Below are positions 44,884 to 54,895 of a stretch of 64,000 bases of DNA, in pieces. The notes under the pieces were generated by a model. That model saw only the letters and a list, made by a program, of their open reading frames with translations. It did no database searches and had not been told where the DNA came from. The stretch lies in sequence record AP017925.1, one strand, 5' to 3'. Positions within the stretch are counted from its first letter, which is position 1, and every line of letters starts with the position of its first letter. Position numbers and translations under genes: made by a program.

Positions 44884-47187
44884 TTACACGAAGGTAAGGG
44901 CGGATGGTTTCGGTTCCAGTTCTTGGTACGGCTGATACGCGAACTCCCAGCCATTACACAACGCCAGGTGCTTGGTCAACTCCAAAGGCTTCGCATTGCC
45001 GAGCGGGATCTTGTTACGATCCACCAGAACAGGAATGTTCGTAGGCTTGTCGGCGCGCAGGATGGTGTAAACACCCATGCGATGCGATGCAATGTTGTTG
45101 TTGCGGTCAATGATCTCCGCCATCGGCAACCAACCCATGTAGGAAGTACCAATCGCAGTTTCCGTTTCACCCCAAGCCCGGATAGCCTGTTGACGCCACG
45201 GCGACGCATGCTTGTCCTGGTTGTTGATGTGCGACAGAATGCCGAAGTTCTGCAGTTTGCCAGACGATACCGACGTCCAGTCATCACCCGTTTTCTCCAG
45301 CAGGATGAAGTAGCACTCACCGATGAGGATCGGCTCCTTCGTTGTCACCATGCGCCCAGAGTTCCCGCGATACGTCACGCGGCTCATGTGCGGCATGTAG
45401 TCCTTCATGATCGCATCCACAGCGTCCGGCAGCTCACGATCGTTGTTACTCGGGTGATAGAGATAAATCCCATCCTCCAGCAACGAGATCATGTGCTCGG
45501 CGCGTTTACCCTTGCGAGCCACGTCGTAGTAGAACTCCGCCATCTCCATGTTGATGATTTCGATGTACGCCAAGAACCGATCCCAGGCATGATCAGCCCT
45601 CGAATCCGTATGGTGGTTCTTGAACGCTTCCTCGACGCGCATCTTGTCGGCCAGCGTGAGCTTCTGCCCATGGATATCCGGATACGCCACACCGAACAGG
45701 TCGCAGAACTCTTTGACGAGATCACGCGATGCTGCGTTATAAGCCTGTTCGTACAAGCGACCCAAGTTCTGCCGCGACACCGTTGCACCACTGTCCATCA
45801 CGATGTGTGCGCGGTTGCCTGCGGCATCCACCGGCATGTCTTCCTTCGGCACGATCTTGACGACAACGCCTTTACCGCCCCAGCAGTCCGTGATTTTGTA
45901 GCCACAAGTCGGTGTGGATTCATACTCCACCACGAACTCGATGGTGAAATCGTCCATCGGAGAGGCGCGATAGATCTTCTGAACGCGTTGCTCTTCGTTG
46001 GTCGCTTCCTCCTGCATCACCGAGTAGGCGTGCTTGACCAGGTTCTTGAAGTTGTGCGAGATCTTCAGGGCGTTCTTGCCTTGTTTCGGCTTGTTGCCCT
46101 TGAGGACGTGATACTGACGCAGGACTTCCTTGTAGAAGACCCGTGCCGCGCGATCATACTTCAAAGCCTGTTCGTTGCAGATGTTCGGCGCGAAGGGCGT
46201 GCGCGATACGTCGTGGCTGACGCGAATGTCAATCACGCGACCGCGGCCGAGTGCCATGCCTTCTTCATGCGCCGGTGTCACGTAGGTGAGCTTGTCAAAG
46301 ACGTAGTTCACTTCACGACTGGCCGCTGCAGACATTTCGACTGCCGAATAAGTGTCGCTGTAACTACGCAACGCCATCAGCAGACCATCCGTCCGAACAT
46401 AATCACCGATTTCCGGGAAAGGTTTGTAGTTGTTTTCGTCTCCGTAGATGTTGAGTGCGAAGTGTGTCGAGCCGTACGAAACCGTGCGCTTCTCGTATTT
46501 ACGAGTCTTCAACCACGGCACTGCTTCTTCGGACAGCAAAACACCGTCCTCAGCCACTTCTGGGAAGCTGGCGAACATTACGTTCAGGTTGATACCGTAA
46601 CAGTAGTTACCGTCAGGCCGTTTCGAAGGGGAGTCTTGCAGAATCGTCCCACCGAGTAGATCACTGCCACCCAGGCCAGTACGCGGATCAGGCACTCGCA
46701 GATTGCGTGCCGCATCCGTGTTCTTGTAAGGGAAACCAAAATACTGGTGGTTGGAGAAGTATTCCTTCATCGAGATGCAATCGATCTCGCCATCGTCCTG
46801 ATACTCCACGATCAGGACCGTCTCAGGATTGTGACGGATGGCTTCCGTGCCCACCATTTTGGTGTTGTAGAACGGAATCATTGCCATGATCCTGCAATCC
46901 CGCTCTACTTTCGTCGAGAAGGTCGCACGACCATATTGAATTTCAGCACCGGTCTGAATCCGGCGCGGAGTTGGTTTGGCAATCACCAGGCATTGTGATG
47001 TGTGGCTTGCACCAAACATCTGCTTACGCGATGCCGAAACAGTTCCATCGAATGGAGACAAGCTCATTACGTTCGCCAACTCCGGATAGAGTTGGTTTGG
47101 TTCGTAGTGATAGTTCCATACCGACGAGAGTGCTTGTACCAGTGTGGTGGGACTGGTACTGCTGTTATCATCAGTAATATTTTCCAT
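44884..47187 (-). CDS. non-virion RNA polymerase beta C-terminal subunit (phiKZ gp71-73-like), uninterrupted
   Basis: SASRKQM, EDGVLLSE, GYKITDCWGGKGVV, RQNLGRLYE, GECYFILLEK and GETE motifs of RNAP beta. Confidence 0.9.
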   Translation of the reverse strand: MENITDDNSSTSPTTLVQALSSVWNYHYEPNQLYPELANVMSLSPFDGTVSASRKQMFGASHTSQCLVIAKPTPRRIQTGAEIQYGRATFSTKVERDCRIMAMIPFYNTKMVGTEAIRHNPETVLIVEYQDDGEIDCISMKEYFSNHQYFGFPYKNTDAARNLRVPDPRTGLGGSDLLGGTILQDSPSKRPDGNYCYGINLNVMFASFPEVAEDGVLLSEEAVPWLKTRKYEKRTVSYGSTHFALNIYGDENNYKPFPEIGDYVRTDGLLMALRSYSDTYSAVEMSAAASREVNYVFDKLTYVTPAHEEGMALGRGRVIDIRVSHDVSRTPFAPNICNEQALKYDRAARVFYKEVLRQYHVLKGNKPKQGKNALKISHNFKNLVKHAYSVMQEEATNEEQRVQKIYRASPMDDFTIEFVVEYESTPTCGYKITDCWGGKGVVVKIVPKEDMPVDAAGNRAHIVMDSGATVSRQNLGRLYEQAYNAASRDLVKEFCDLFGVAYPDIHGQKLTLADKMRVEEAFKNHHTDSRADHAWDRFLAYIEIINMEMAEFYYDVARKGKRAEHMISLLEDGIYLYHPSNNDRELPDAVDAIMKDYMPHMSRVTYRGNSGRMVTTKEPILIGECYFILLEKTGDDWTSVSSGKLQNFGILSHINNQDKHASPWRQQAIRAWGETETAIGTSYMGWLPMAEIIDRNNNIASHRMGVYTILRADKPTNIPVLVDRNKIPLGNAKPLELTKHLALCNGWEFAYQPYQELEPKPSALTFV

Positions 47188-47336
47188 TACCGCTTCCCTT
47201 TAAGTCGCAACAACGATTTTATGTACGTCAGACATCTGAGAATCCTCGTAAATTACGGTGATTTTGTCTCTGACATCTCAAGCACAGCATACAAGAGTGC
47301 AGTAAATTTCCACTGACGCTCCTGCATTACCCTTTA

Positions 47337-47344
47337 GTAATATG
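47337..47344 (-). promoter_or_regulatory. early-promoter-like CATATTAC upstream of nvRNAP beta
   Basis: One mismatch to the phiKZ early consensus TATATTAC. Confidence 0.5.
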
Positions 47345-47375
47345 TGTTTAAAGCCTTTTACATCTAGGACCGGAA

Positions 47376-47720
47376 ATGCAAGCAAGTATTGAATCCCTCG
47401 CTAAACCGCCAGCCTCTGCGACTTTCGACGATCCGGCATTCCGTGCCGTCCTTGAAGATCTTCTGACCTGGCTGATCAATCATCCAAGCACCACCACGAT
47501 GGCTGTTACGGCCCACCAGATCGAAGTGTATGACTTCGACTGGATCGGCCTACTGAATGACCTCAGCATCTCTAGCGATTTGCACTGGATTACCATCCGA
47601 ATGAACGGCGGTAACTCCTTATCCGATGTTCCGCAGAACATGCGATCGATAAAGGTTCCGGAACAGGCACTGATCCAGAATCTGGTCATGCTTAGCGCTA
47701 GTTCCAAGCGTATCAAGTGA
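47376..47720 (+). CDS. small conserved phiKZ-like protein
   Basis: 114 aa; D.D.xGLL....I...LHWIT.RMN pattern recalled from this phage group. Confidence 0.6.
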   Translation: MQASIESLAKPPASATFDDPAFRAVLEDLLTWLINHPSTTTMAVTAHQIEVYDFDWIGLLNDLSISSDLHWITIRMNGGNSLSDVPQNMRSIKVPEQALIQNLVMLSASSKRIK

Positions 47721-47810
47721 TACGAAAAAATAAAGAGAAAGAATAACACCCATCCCCGCCCGGTGCACCCGCTGGATGCACTGGCTAGGGATGGGCGCTA
47801 TGCTGTCGTA

Positions 47811-49553
47811 TTACCGGCGGAAGAAGCCGCGCGTGGCAAGCTGTTCTTGCTGAGCTTGTTGAACGGCATTCTGCAGATAACGCGGCACTGCTTGTTGACG
47901 CTGGTTGAGTTGCACTGCTGCTGCCTGCATGTTGTTCTGCTGCAGGTTTTGCAGGAAGTGCTGGAACATCACCGGGTTCATGCGATAGAACTGCACTTCT
48001 TCGGCGGACAGGCCCGGGATCTGCGACGGATCGGTGATCTGTGCCGGTTGGCCGAAGCGACCTTGCGGTTGACCGAACTGAGCTTGTTGACCCGGCAGAA
48101 CCTGACCACCTTGCTGCACGCCAGCCAACGGCACGTACACCTTGTTGTCAACCATCACCGCGCCTTGTGGAATGCCGCTCACACCCGAGCCCTCAACCGG
48201 AATGTACAGTTGGTTGTTGATGATGCGAGCCGATTCCGGCACCTTCATGGCTTGCGGTGCTGCCGGCTGCTGTTGTTGCGGTTGCTGGAACACCGGCTGT
48301 TGCGGCTGAATCAGCGTACCAACCGGCGGAGTCGGAGTAACCGTACCCACGACCGGTGCCGGACGCGCGTAGCTCAGACCGCTCACTTGGCTGGCCGCTT
48401 GATCGCTGATCTGGTGCGTGGCGGTTTCAGCCGTCACGGTCAGGGATTTCATGCCCAGTTTGAAACGCGGTTGCGGTTGTCCGGATTGCTGCACGACTTG
48501 TGCCTCTTGCTGTTGGATGGGTTGGGATTGCTGCACGGGTTGAACCGGTTGCACCATGTCTGCCGTGATGGTCGGCGCAACATCAGCTGCGACTACCGTA
48601 CGCGCTGCGGCTGCGATCGGCGTATCGGAGATACGTGCCGGCGCCGCGGCCGCTGCCACCCGTTCGCTCGGAGCATTACCTTCGAGATACGGGATATTGC
48701 GGATTTCCGGCAACAACGGAGTGAGATCCGCCATTTCATCACGCCAGTCATCCACCAGCAGCAGTGCGTTACTGGTATTGAGCACCGGCTCCAGAATGGC
48801 CACAGCCGTGTTGATGGCATCGACGAACTTGCCGTACAGAGCCATCAGCGATTCCAGCGACGGAGCAATCTTCGAGTCGGAACCGATCTCGTAGTAGCCA
48901 TTTTCACGGATACCCGGGAACAGGAACTCGTACATGTTGCGCAGCATCTTCACATCGACGATGCGCAGCTTGAAGTTGCCCACCTGGACCGGCTTGTTGT
49001 CCTTCGGCAGTGCTTCATACAGCGGGAAGTGTGCCACAGCGACACGCGAGCGCTTCTGACCCTGCCATACGCGACCCTTGATCACCGAGAAGCGGACGAA
49101 CTCGAAGTTCTTCTTGACCACACGCTTGGTGCTGGTCAGGTCGCGCAGCAGCTTGACGAATTTCTCGTCGGAGTCGGAGAACGGACCGAGGTAGGTGGCT
49201 TGTTCGGGCGTCAGGTCCTTGTGGATCTCGCCTTTCACGCCGAGCTGCGCGATGTCGATCATCAGCATACCCAGCACGAAGTCCGAGTTGCCATTCATGC
49301 GATCACGGAACTTCTCCAGCACGCGGCTTTCACCGCCGGACAGGTTCTGCAGCAGCGGGTGGAAACCGATGCGACCAGACCAATCCGGTTGCTTCAGTTG
49401 TTCGGGTGTCGGCAGTACGCCGCGCTTGCCTTCCACAGTCCAGGGCTTCGGGGTATCGCTGCCAGGAGTCAGCGTGCTGATGAAGCCTTGGGAGTCGGAA
49501 GTCATGCCGACACTGGAAAGAATGCTCTTGTACAGTTCGATGAGGTTTTTCAT
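47811..49553 (-). CDS. conserved nucleus-block protein with Gln/Pro-rich C-terminal tail (phiKZ gp70-like by synteny)
   Basis: Lies between the PicA-like gene and nvRNAP beta; Q/P/G-rich low-complexity C-terminus. Confidence 0.6.
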   Translation of the reverse strand: MKNLIELYKSILSSVGMTSDSQGFISTLTPGSDTPKPWTVEGKRGVLPTPEQLKQPDWSGRIGFHPLLQNLSGGESRVLEKFRDRMNGNSDFVLGMLMIDIAQLGVKGEIHKDLTPEQATYLGPFSDSDEKFVKLLRDLTSTKRVVKKNFEFVRFSVIKGRVWQGQKRSRVAVAHFPLYEALPKDNKPVQVGNFKLRIVDVKMLRNMYEFLFPGIRENGYYEIGSDSKIAPSLESLMALYGKFVDAINTAVAILEPVLNTSNALLLVDDWRDEMADLTPLLPEIRNIPYLEGNAPSERVAAAAAPARISDTPIAAAARTVVAADVAPTITADMVQPVQPVQQSQPIQQQEAQVVQQSGQPQPRFKLGMKSLTVTAETATHQISDQAASQVSGLSYARPAPVVGTVTPTPPVGTLIQPQQPVFQQPQQQQPAAPQAMKVPESARIINNQLYIPVEGSGVSGIPQGAVMVDNKVYVPLAGVQQGGQVLPGQQAQFGQPQGRFGQPAQITDPSQIPGLSAEEVQFYRMNPVMFQHFLQNLQQNNMQAAAVQLNQRQQAVPRYLQNAVQQAQQEQLATRGFFRR

Positions 49554-49614
49554 TGGATGCCTTTTCGATTGATGGAGAAAAAGGAGGCAGGTTTCCCCGC
49601 CTCCTTTTCCTTAC

Positions 49615-51318
49615 TTAGTAGTCACCTGCCAGGCCGCCCCAGCGCGATTCGCCGGCACCTTGGACGGCGATTCCGTCGCTGGTGCTGAGAGTGCTACCGG
49701 GAGCGATGATCTGCTTGCACGTATCGATCACGTCGTCGATGGTTTCAGCCATACCGATCAGACGATCGAGGCTGTTCGTCACCACCGGCGCGAGCGAGGA
49801 CGAAGCGAATGCCGGAATCACGTAAGCGCGATGGATACCGCCCCAAGTGATTTCCACGAATACATCGTTGAACGCATCCGCAAACACATCCACTTCGTAC
49901 GACGTTTCTTCAGCTGCAACGATGCTCAAGCACTCCATGATCAGACGACCCTTGAGCACTTCGAGACGCTGGAACAACATACCGTCGTTGTCCATACCGT
50001 CACATGCCTGGATGGTGACCTCCGTATCACCAGTGTTCAGGTTGTTGGCGTTATACGCGAGAACTGCCACGCCCGACATCGACATCAGCGCGAGAGTCGA
50101 CTGCACGATGCTGGTTGCATGCAGTGCAATGACTTCCGCGTCACCGATGTTGGCCACCGAACGACCATCCGGAATCGAGATCGCGCCATTTTCATAAGCG
50201 CGACCGAAGACTTCGGTACGATCGTCGATCGTCAGGTCCAGCTTCAGCAGATCGCCGAAAGTGAACTGAGCCGTGGTAGCTACACCGTTTGCGAGCTTGC
50301 GATTCATCACGTGGATGAAACCGCTTTGCGAGAATGCCGTATCCTGAATGCGTTGGCCAGCCAGCGCACCGCCACCCATGTTGTCGATGTTCATCGGATC
50401 GTACGAACTCAGGCTGTTTTCATACAGGCCTTTGAGCGTGCGGCTCGCAAACGTCGGCACCAGCAAGTTGGTATCGGCAGACATCATCGGGACACTGGTC
50501 AACATGCTGTCCAGATCCTGATAAGTCATCGCAGTCGGTTCGCCGAACTGCGCAGCTTGTTCCATGCCGCGATAGAGCTGCACCTTGTCTACTGCGCGCA
50601 GTACATCCGACGGACGAGTCAGGAACATGCTGGACTGAGTGCCCAGTCCGCCGAAGCCGGAATTGCGCACCACTGCATTCGAACGGCTGATCATCGGGAT
50701 CGGGCGGCCGAGGTTATCCAGCTGACGCTGTCGCGCTTCGGTAACGTGGTTGATCGTGAACAGCATGTTCGGGTCGATGAACACGTTGGTCATGCCCATG
50801 TTGCTGGCTGCTGCTTCGTCCGTGCTACCCGAGATGAACTCGGTACGCTGGAACTTGCCGTTGCGATAAACGTCCACGACCATCGTGAAACGGAAGCGTT
50901 CGGTTTCCCAACCGTTTTCGATGTTAACTGCACCGTCCGGCGTACCGGAGTGACGGATGAAGTTGGCGCCTTGCGCCATCAGGTTGGACATGTTGGCCGG
51001 GTTGAATGCTTCCGCGCCTTGCCGCTCGACTTCGTTCTGGATGGCACTCATGCCCTGGCCATCAAGCATCACGTCGTAGGTACGACGGAACTGGTTAGCT
51101 TGCGGACGGGTCAGACCCAGATAGATCTTGCGGATCTCCATGGTCATGGCACCTTGCTGTTGGTTCTCAGCGATCGCCTGGCCGAAGTCGTAGGTTTGTT
51201 GGATCAGACTCACTTGCGGTTGGGGAGTGAAGCCGCCGCTGAGTCCGCCGAGATTCTGTTGCTGCCCCGAACCGAATTGTGCATCGAGGGAGCCGAAGTT
51301 ATTGTTTCCGAAATTCAT
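49615..51318 (-). CDS. picA: phage-nucleus protein import factor PicA/Imp1-like (phiKZ gp69-like), start moved to MNFGNN
   Basis: Position directly downstream of the sigma-like gene; I.NGW...RFRF and SMFLTRPSDV motifs recalled from the family. Confidence 0.55.
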   Translation of the reverse strand: MNFGNNNFGSLDAQFGSGQQQNLGGLSGGFTPQPQVSLIQQTYDFGQAIAENQQQGAMTMEIRKIYLGLTRPQANQFRRTYDVMLDGQGMSAIQNEVERQGAEAFNPANMSNLMAQGANFIRHSGTPDGAVNIENGWETERFRFTMVVDVYRNGKFQRTEFISGSTDEAAASNMGMTNVFIDPNMLFTINHVTEARQRQLDNLGRPIPMISRSNAVVRNSGFGGLGTQSSMFLTRPSDVLRAVDKVQLYRGMEQAAQFGEPTAMTYQDLDSMLTSVPMMSADTNLLVPTFASRTLKGLYENSLSSYDPMNIDNMGGGALAGQRIQDTAFSQSGFIHVMNRKLANGVATTAQFTFGDLLKLDLTIDDRTEVFGRAYENGAISIPDGRSVANIGDAEVIALHATSIVQSTLALMSMSGVAVLAYNANNLNTGDTEVTIQACDGMDNDGMLFQRLEVLKGRLIMECLSIVAAEETSYEVDVFADAFNDVFVEITWGGIHRAYVIPAFASSSLAPVVTNSLDRLIGMAETIDDVIDTCKQIIAPGSTLSTSDGIAVQGAGESRWGGLAGDY

Positions 51319-51384
51319 GGTCTTTTCCTTTAAGTGGTGATGTTTTTGGGCTGTGAGTTCGCTTCTCACAGCCCTGCCGTGGTG

Positions 51385-53106
51385 TTAATGAAACTTGAAC
51401 GGTGCGAAGTGCGTACCGACCGCTTGTGCCATCAGCTGCTGGTAAACTTCATCGGGATTGATCCGAACCATGGGACGCTCTGCGAGCCACTTGGCGTACT
51501 CCATGAACATCGTAACAGCGTCACGACGCAGGAAATACTTCCGGTTCGGATTGTTGCCCTGCACCCGCTGCAGTGTCGCATCGCTGAAGGTACAATTGAT
51601 ATCGTACTCTTGTAAGGAACGCACCAGCTCGTACACGTCATCGAAGACGAAGTTCCGCACTTTCTTCTGGTTACGGCTGCGTTGCTCCATCGGGAACACC
51701 GCACGGTAAGCTTCACGATCCGCCGAACGCAGCGGAGCAATCGACTCACCGATAAAGTGCGTACCACCAGAGTTATCCACTCGTTCGTACGCTGCCGATA
51801 CCAGCACTGCCAGATCGATCTTGCCGTGATGGATGAGAACTGCTTGTGCCAGACCAAGCAGACTGACCACGCGTTCCTTCAGCAGGTTACCCACCGCACG
51901 CACTTGACTGTACGGGTGGAAGAGCCATGCTGCGATGGTGATTTGCTCGTCCATCAGCGGGATGCCGTGCAGTGCTTTCGCTGAATTCAGCGAATCCTCA
52001 ACCAGCGCATAGTCGATGCCGGGCGCGACGCGCTCGATCAACGACAACGGATCAACGACGCCCTTGTGGATCAGTTCGATCTGCTGTTCCAGATAGTAGT
52101 CGCCAAGTGCTTCTTGGCCAACCGTCAGGGCAATCCGGTTGCGGAAGCCTTCGAGATAGGACTGGTTGTTCTCATCTGCCGAGTACGACGTTTCGGCAAA
52201 CTTGTTCTTGATCGCCGGCTGAGACGATGCAATGGTCGTGACGCGGTGCCGTACGTAATTGTACAGCGCCGAGACTACGGGAGTGAGGTTGTTCACACCC
52301 ATCACGTCCACTACCGGCAAACGGTTGATCACGAGACTGGTGAGCGCCCAGTACACGAAGTCATCCGTACCAATCCCCATCATGATCGCGGCTGGGTTGT
52401 TGCGGTCGTTGCCGATGGTGTGGTCAACAAACTGCTCCAGACGCTTCAGCGCTTGACATTGCGCCGGCCATGCTTGTTCGATCAGGCTGTAGGCCAGCAT
52501 GTCTTTGTGTTCACGACTCAGGACCGACTTCGTAAGTGCTGCGAAGTCGAACCAGAACGGAACTGCGGCACGCACCAGAATCGCCAGCGGGATGAGACCT
52601 TTATAGTCTTCCAGCAGGTAAGTGCGCTCACGCGTACCAGGCATGGTATCGGGATCGAAAGTGATCTTGACGTCCACCGGCACTCGCGGCCGTAGCGTGC
52701 TCCACACCCAGTTGTAGAAATGCGTCGGATCGATTTGGTCGAACAGCGCTTTCGCCATCGGGCGAATCGCTTCGATCAGATCCTCGCACTCGTCCTGCTG
52801 CATGTTCGTTGCGCGCAGAACGGTATGAATTTGTCGGTACTCCTCGAAAATCGCCGCTTGTTTCGCCCCATCGAGTTGCTCGAAGTAGGCATTGATCTGG
52901 TCGAATGCATCGGCATTCGTATCCGGTTCACTGTTCCATGTCCGAGGCGGGAAGTTCCACTGCAACTTGGCGTTGCCGTGCTCGATGATCATGTAACGCT
53001 TGCTCTTTGCCTTACCGGATTCCAGGGCGCCGCCGTAGATATCATCGGTGGTGCGCTCGGCGGATGGCAAGGCAAGATCAGCCTGACTAACCACTTTGAT
53101 TCTCAT
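51385..53106 (-). CDS. nvRNAP promoter-specificity (sigma-like) subunit, phiKZ gp68-like
   Basis: 573 aa helical protein at the conserved position between ChmC-like and PicA-like genes, with its own early promoter. Confidence 0.65.
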   Translation of the reverse strand: MRIKVVSQADLALPSAERTTDDIYGGALESGKAKSKRYMIIEHGNAKLQWNFPPRTWNSEPDTNADAFDQINAYFEQLDGAKQAAIFEEYRQIHTVLRATNMQQDECEDLIEAIRPMAKALFDQIDPTHFYNWVWSTLRPRVPVDVKITFDPDTMPGTRERTYLLEDYKGLIPLAILVRAAVPFWFDFAALTKSVLSREHKDMLAYSLIEQAWPAQCQALKRLEQFVDHTIGNDRNNPAAIMMGIGTDDFVYWALTSLVINRLPVVDVMGVNNLTPVVSALYNYVRHRVTTIASSQPAIKNKFAETSYSADENNQSYLEGFRNRIALTVGQEALGDYYLEQQIELIHKGVVDPLSLIERVAPGIDYALVEDSLNSAKALHGIPLMDEQITIAAWLFHPYSQVRAVGNLLKERVVSLLGLAQAVLIHHGKIDLAVLVSAAYERVDNSGGTHFIGESIAPLRSADREAYRAVFPMEQRSRNQKKVRNFVFDDVYELVRSLQEYDINCTFSDATLQRVQGNNPNRKYFLRRDAVTMFMEYAKWLAERPMVRINPDEVYQQLMAQAVGTHFAPFKFH

Positions 53107-53157
53107 ACTCTTCCTTTATGGTGAATTCTGCATACTTCGCACGTAGTACACAGGTTG

Positions 53158-53165
53158 GTAATATA
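53158..53165 (-). promoter_or_regulatory. early promoter TATATTAC
   Basis: Exact match to the phiKZ early consensus, about 50 nt upstream of 53106. Confidence 0.6.
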
Positions 53166-53276
53166 TGCCCAAAGAACTCTGGACTTTAACTACCCCATTT
53201 CTCAATAGAGGGACTTTTGAGCCTACGCCCTTTTCGGGGCGTAGGCTCATTATGTCACTCAGTTACCCAGCTTAGC

Positions 53277-53993
53277 TTACCAAGGGATGTCGTCGCTGCC
53301 CATGTCAGCATTGCCGGAACCTTGGCTGCGGTTGTTTTGGTAACCGCCGCCGTTACCGCCGCCGCCATTGCCACCGTTGCGGTTACCCCAGTTACCGCCA
53401 CCACCACCTTGCTGCTTCGGTTCCGGATGCTTGTACTGTTCCTTCATCAGCAGCGGCATCAGGTCTTCGATAGCCTTGACCTTGCCCAGAGCCAGGAACT
53501 TCGACTCGATGTGCTTCGGCATTTCGTTGCCGTCGCCATCCTTGAACAGGGTCTTGGTGTCGGCCAGGAAGCTGAACTTGATGTTCGGACGCTTATCCAT
53601 CACCACCGAGATGTAGACCACACCGTTTTCTTCGCGGCCAACCACGAGACGGTAGATCAGAACCGGGCCATCGGTCATCTTGCCCGGGCCGATGAACTTC
53701 TTGTCGCGGTGCTCGTAAGCCCAGCGGAACGGCTGATCGGTCAGTGCAGCATGACGGATCATTTCCAGGAACATGGTGAACTTGTCGTACGGCACGTTCG
53801 CTTGGATGCGGCCGTAGTCATTGTTCGCATCGTTGGCGACGTTGGTGCGCACTGTGATGATCGGATCGTTCTTTTTGATATCGAACGACATGTTGGCGAA
53901 CTTACCTTCACCGTTCGGCGCGTACAGCGTCAGCGCGCGGTGATTGAGGACGGTCTTGGGGCGTTGTTGCTGGTTGTTGTTGAAGTCAGACAT
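53277..53993 (-). CDS. chmC: single-stranded nucleic-acid-binding protein, ChmC-like (Whirly-type) with Gly/Asn tail
   Basis: Synteny upstream of the sigma-like gene; beta-rich core; G/N-rich tail ending SDDIPW like SSBs. Confidence 0.55.
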   Translation of the reverse strand: MSDFNNNQQQRPKTVLNHRALTLYAPNGEGKFANMSFDIKKNDPIITVRTNVANDANNDYGRIQANVPYDKFTMFLEMIRHAALTDQPFRWAYEHRDKKFIGPGKMTDGPVLIYRLVVGREENGVVYISVVMDKRPNIKFSFLADTKTLFKDGDGNEMPKHIESKFLALGKVKAIEDLMPLLMKEQYKHPEPKQQGGGGGNWGNRNGGNGGGGNGGGYQNNRSQGSGNADMGSDDIPW

Positions 53994-54061
53994 GATGGCT
54001 CTTCGGGTTATCGTTGATATCTATTCATGGAATGAACGGACGTGGTAAAAAAGCGCTGTGG

Positions 54062-54892
54062 TTACCAGCGCCTCAGATAGAGTCTGAGCTGTTCAGCAAG
54101 GAACTTATCCTTGATCTGGTTCAGCCCATAGTTGACCTTGTCCTGGCTCGTAGCAAAACTCCAGTTGTACTTCGTGCCAAGATCGACCAACGTCTTGCGG
54201 TAAGTCGCGCCAATCGGACGGAAAAGCTGACTATCGCCGAAGATGGACAGGAAACCCTCATGGAAAGGAATCATTGGCAGATCCTTGCCGTTGTAGAACT
54301 TCGTGTACCATCGACTCTTGTCCTTAATGTTACCCGTGTGGGATTCCAGTAGGGACAAGTTGCTGAACGCCTTGGTAGTCAAATCGTACGGATAGTGCGT
54401 CAACATCAAGGTGTTCGCAGACTGCGAATCAGTGATTTGCAGGGGATAAAGTTTGATCAGCTCCTTTTCGTTCTTGATGATCTGACCCAAGACCATCTGC
54501 AAGCTTTTGGCGAACAGTATCTGGTTAGGAGTGCTGTCAACGCGCAAAATCGCGTGAGGAAGACGCGATTCCAGACCGATATAGTCCGGACAATACAGAA
54601 CGGTCTTGAACTGATGTTGGCCTTGCTCGGCAGAAATCTCCAGATACGAATCCAGCTCATGCCGGAACGAATCGATCAGATCTTTCTGGTCGATCGCTGG
54701 AATGTTTTCCTTACCGATGGCTTCGTAATAGTTACGAAAGAGAGTTTTCACATTCACCCAGTGGCCGGAGAAGTCCTTCAACAACTTCGGACCAGCTGGG
54801 TGATCGGGATGGATACCGAGTGCGCCCTCTAAAGCCAACGACGTGGCAATAGACAGCGGAAAGTATCCAGTAGCGCGTTCGGATGCATTCAT
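54062..54892 (-). CDS. conserved protein, PIN/flap-endonuclease-like fold possible
   Basis: SIATSLALE and WVNVKTLFRN motifs; coupled to the SbcD-like gene. Confidence 0.5.
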   Translation of the reverse strand: MNASERATGYFPLSIATSLALEGALGIHPDHPAGPKLLKDFSGHWVNVKTLFRNYYEAIGKENIPAIDQKDLIDSFRHELDSYLEISAEQGQHQFKTVLYCPDYIGLESRLPHAILRVDSTPNQILFAKSLQMVLGQIIKNEKELIKLYPLQITDSQSANTLMLTHYPYDLTTKAFSNLSLLESHTGNIKDKSRWYTKFYNGKDLPMIPFHEGFLSIFGDSQLFRPIGATYRKTLVDLGTKYNWSFATSQDKVNYGLNQIKDKFLAEQLRLYLRRW

Positions 54893-54895
54893 GTT

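Noticed and set aside
47190-47336. Structured long 5-prime UTR of nvRNAP beta (GTCAGA/TCTGAC stem) as a riboswitch
   Set aside because: Only short stems, no alternative fold over the RBS that I could demonstrate, and no known aptamer motif.
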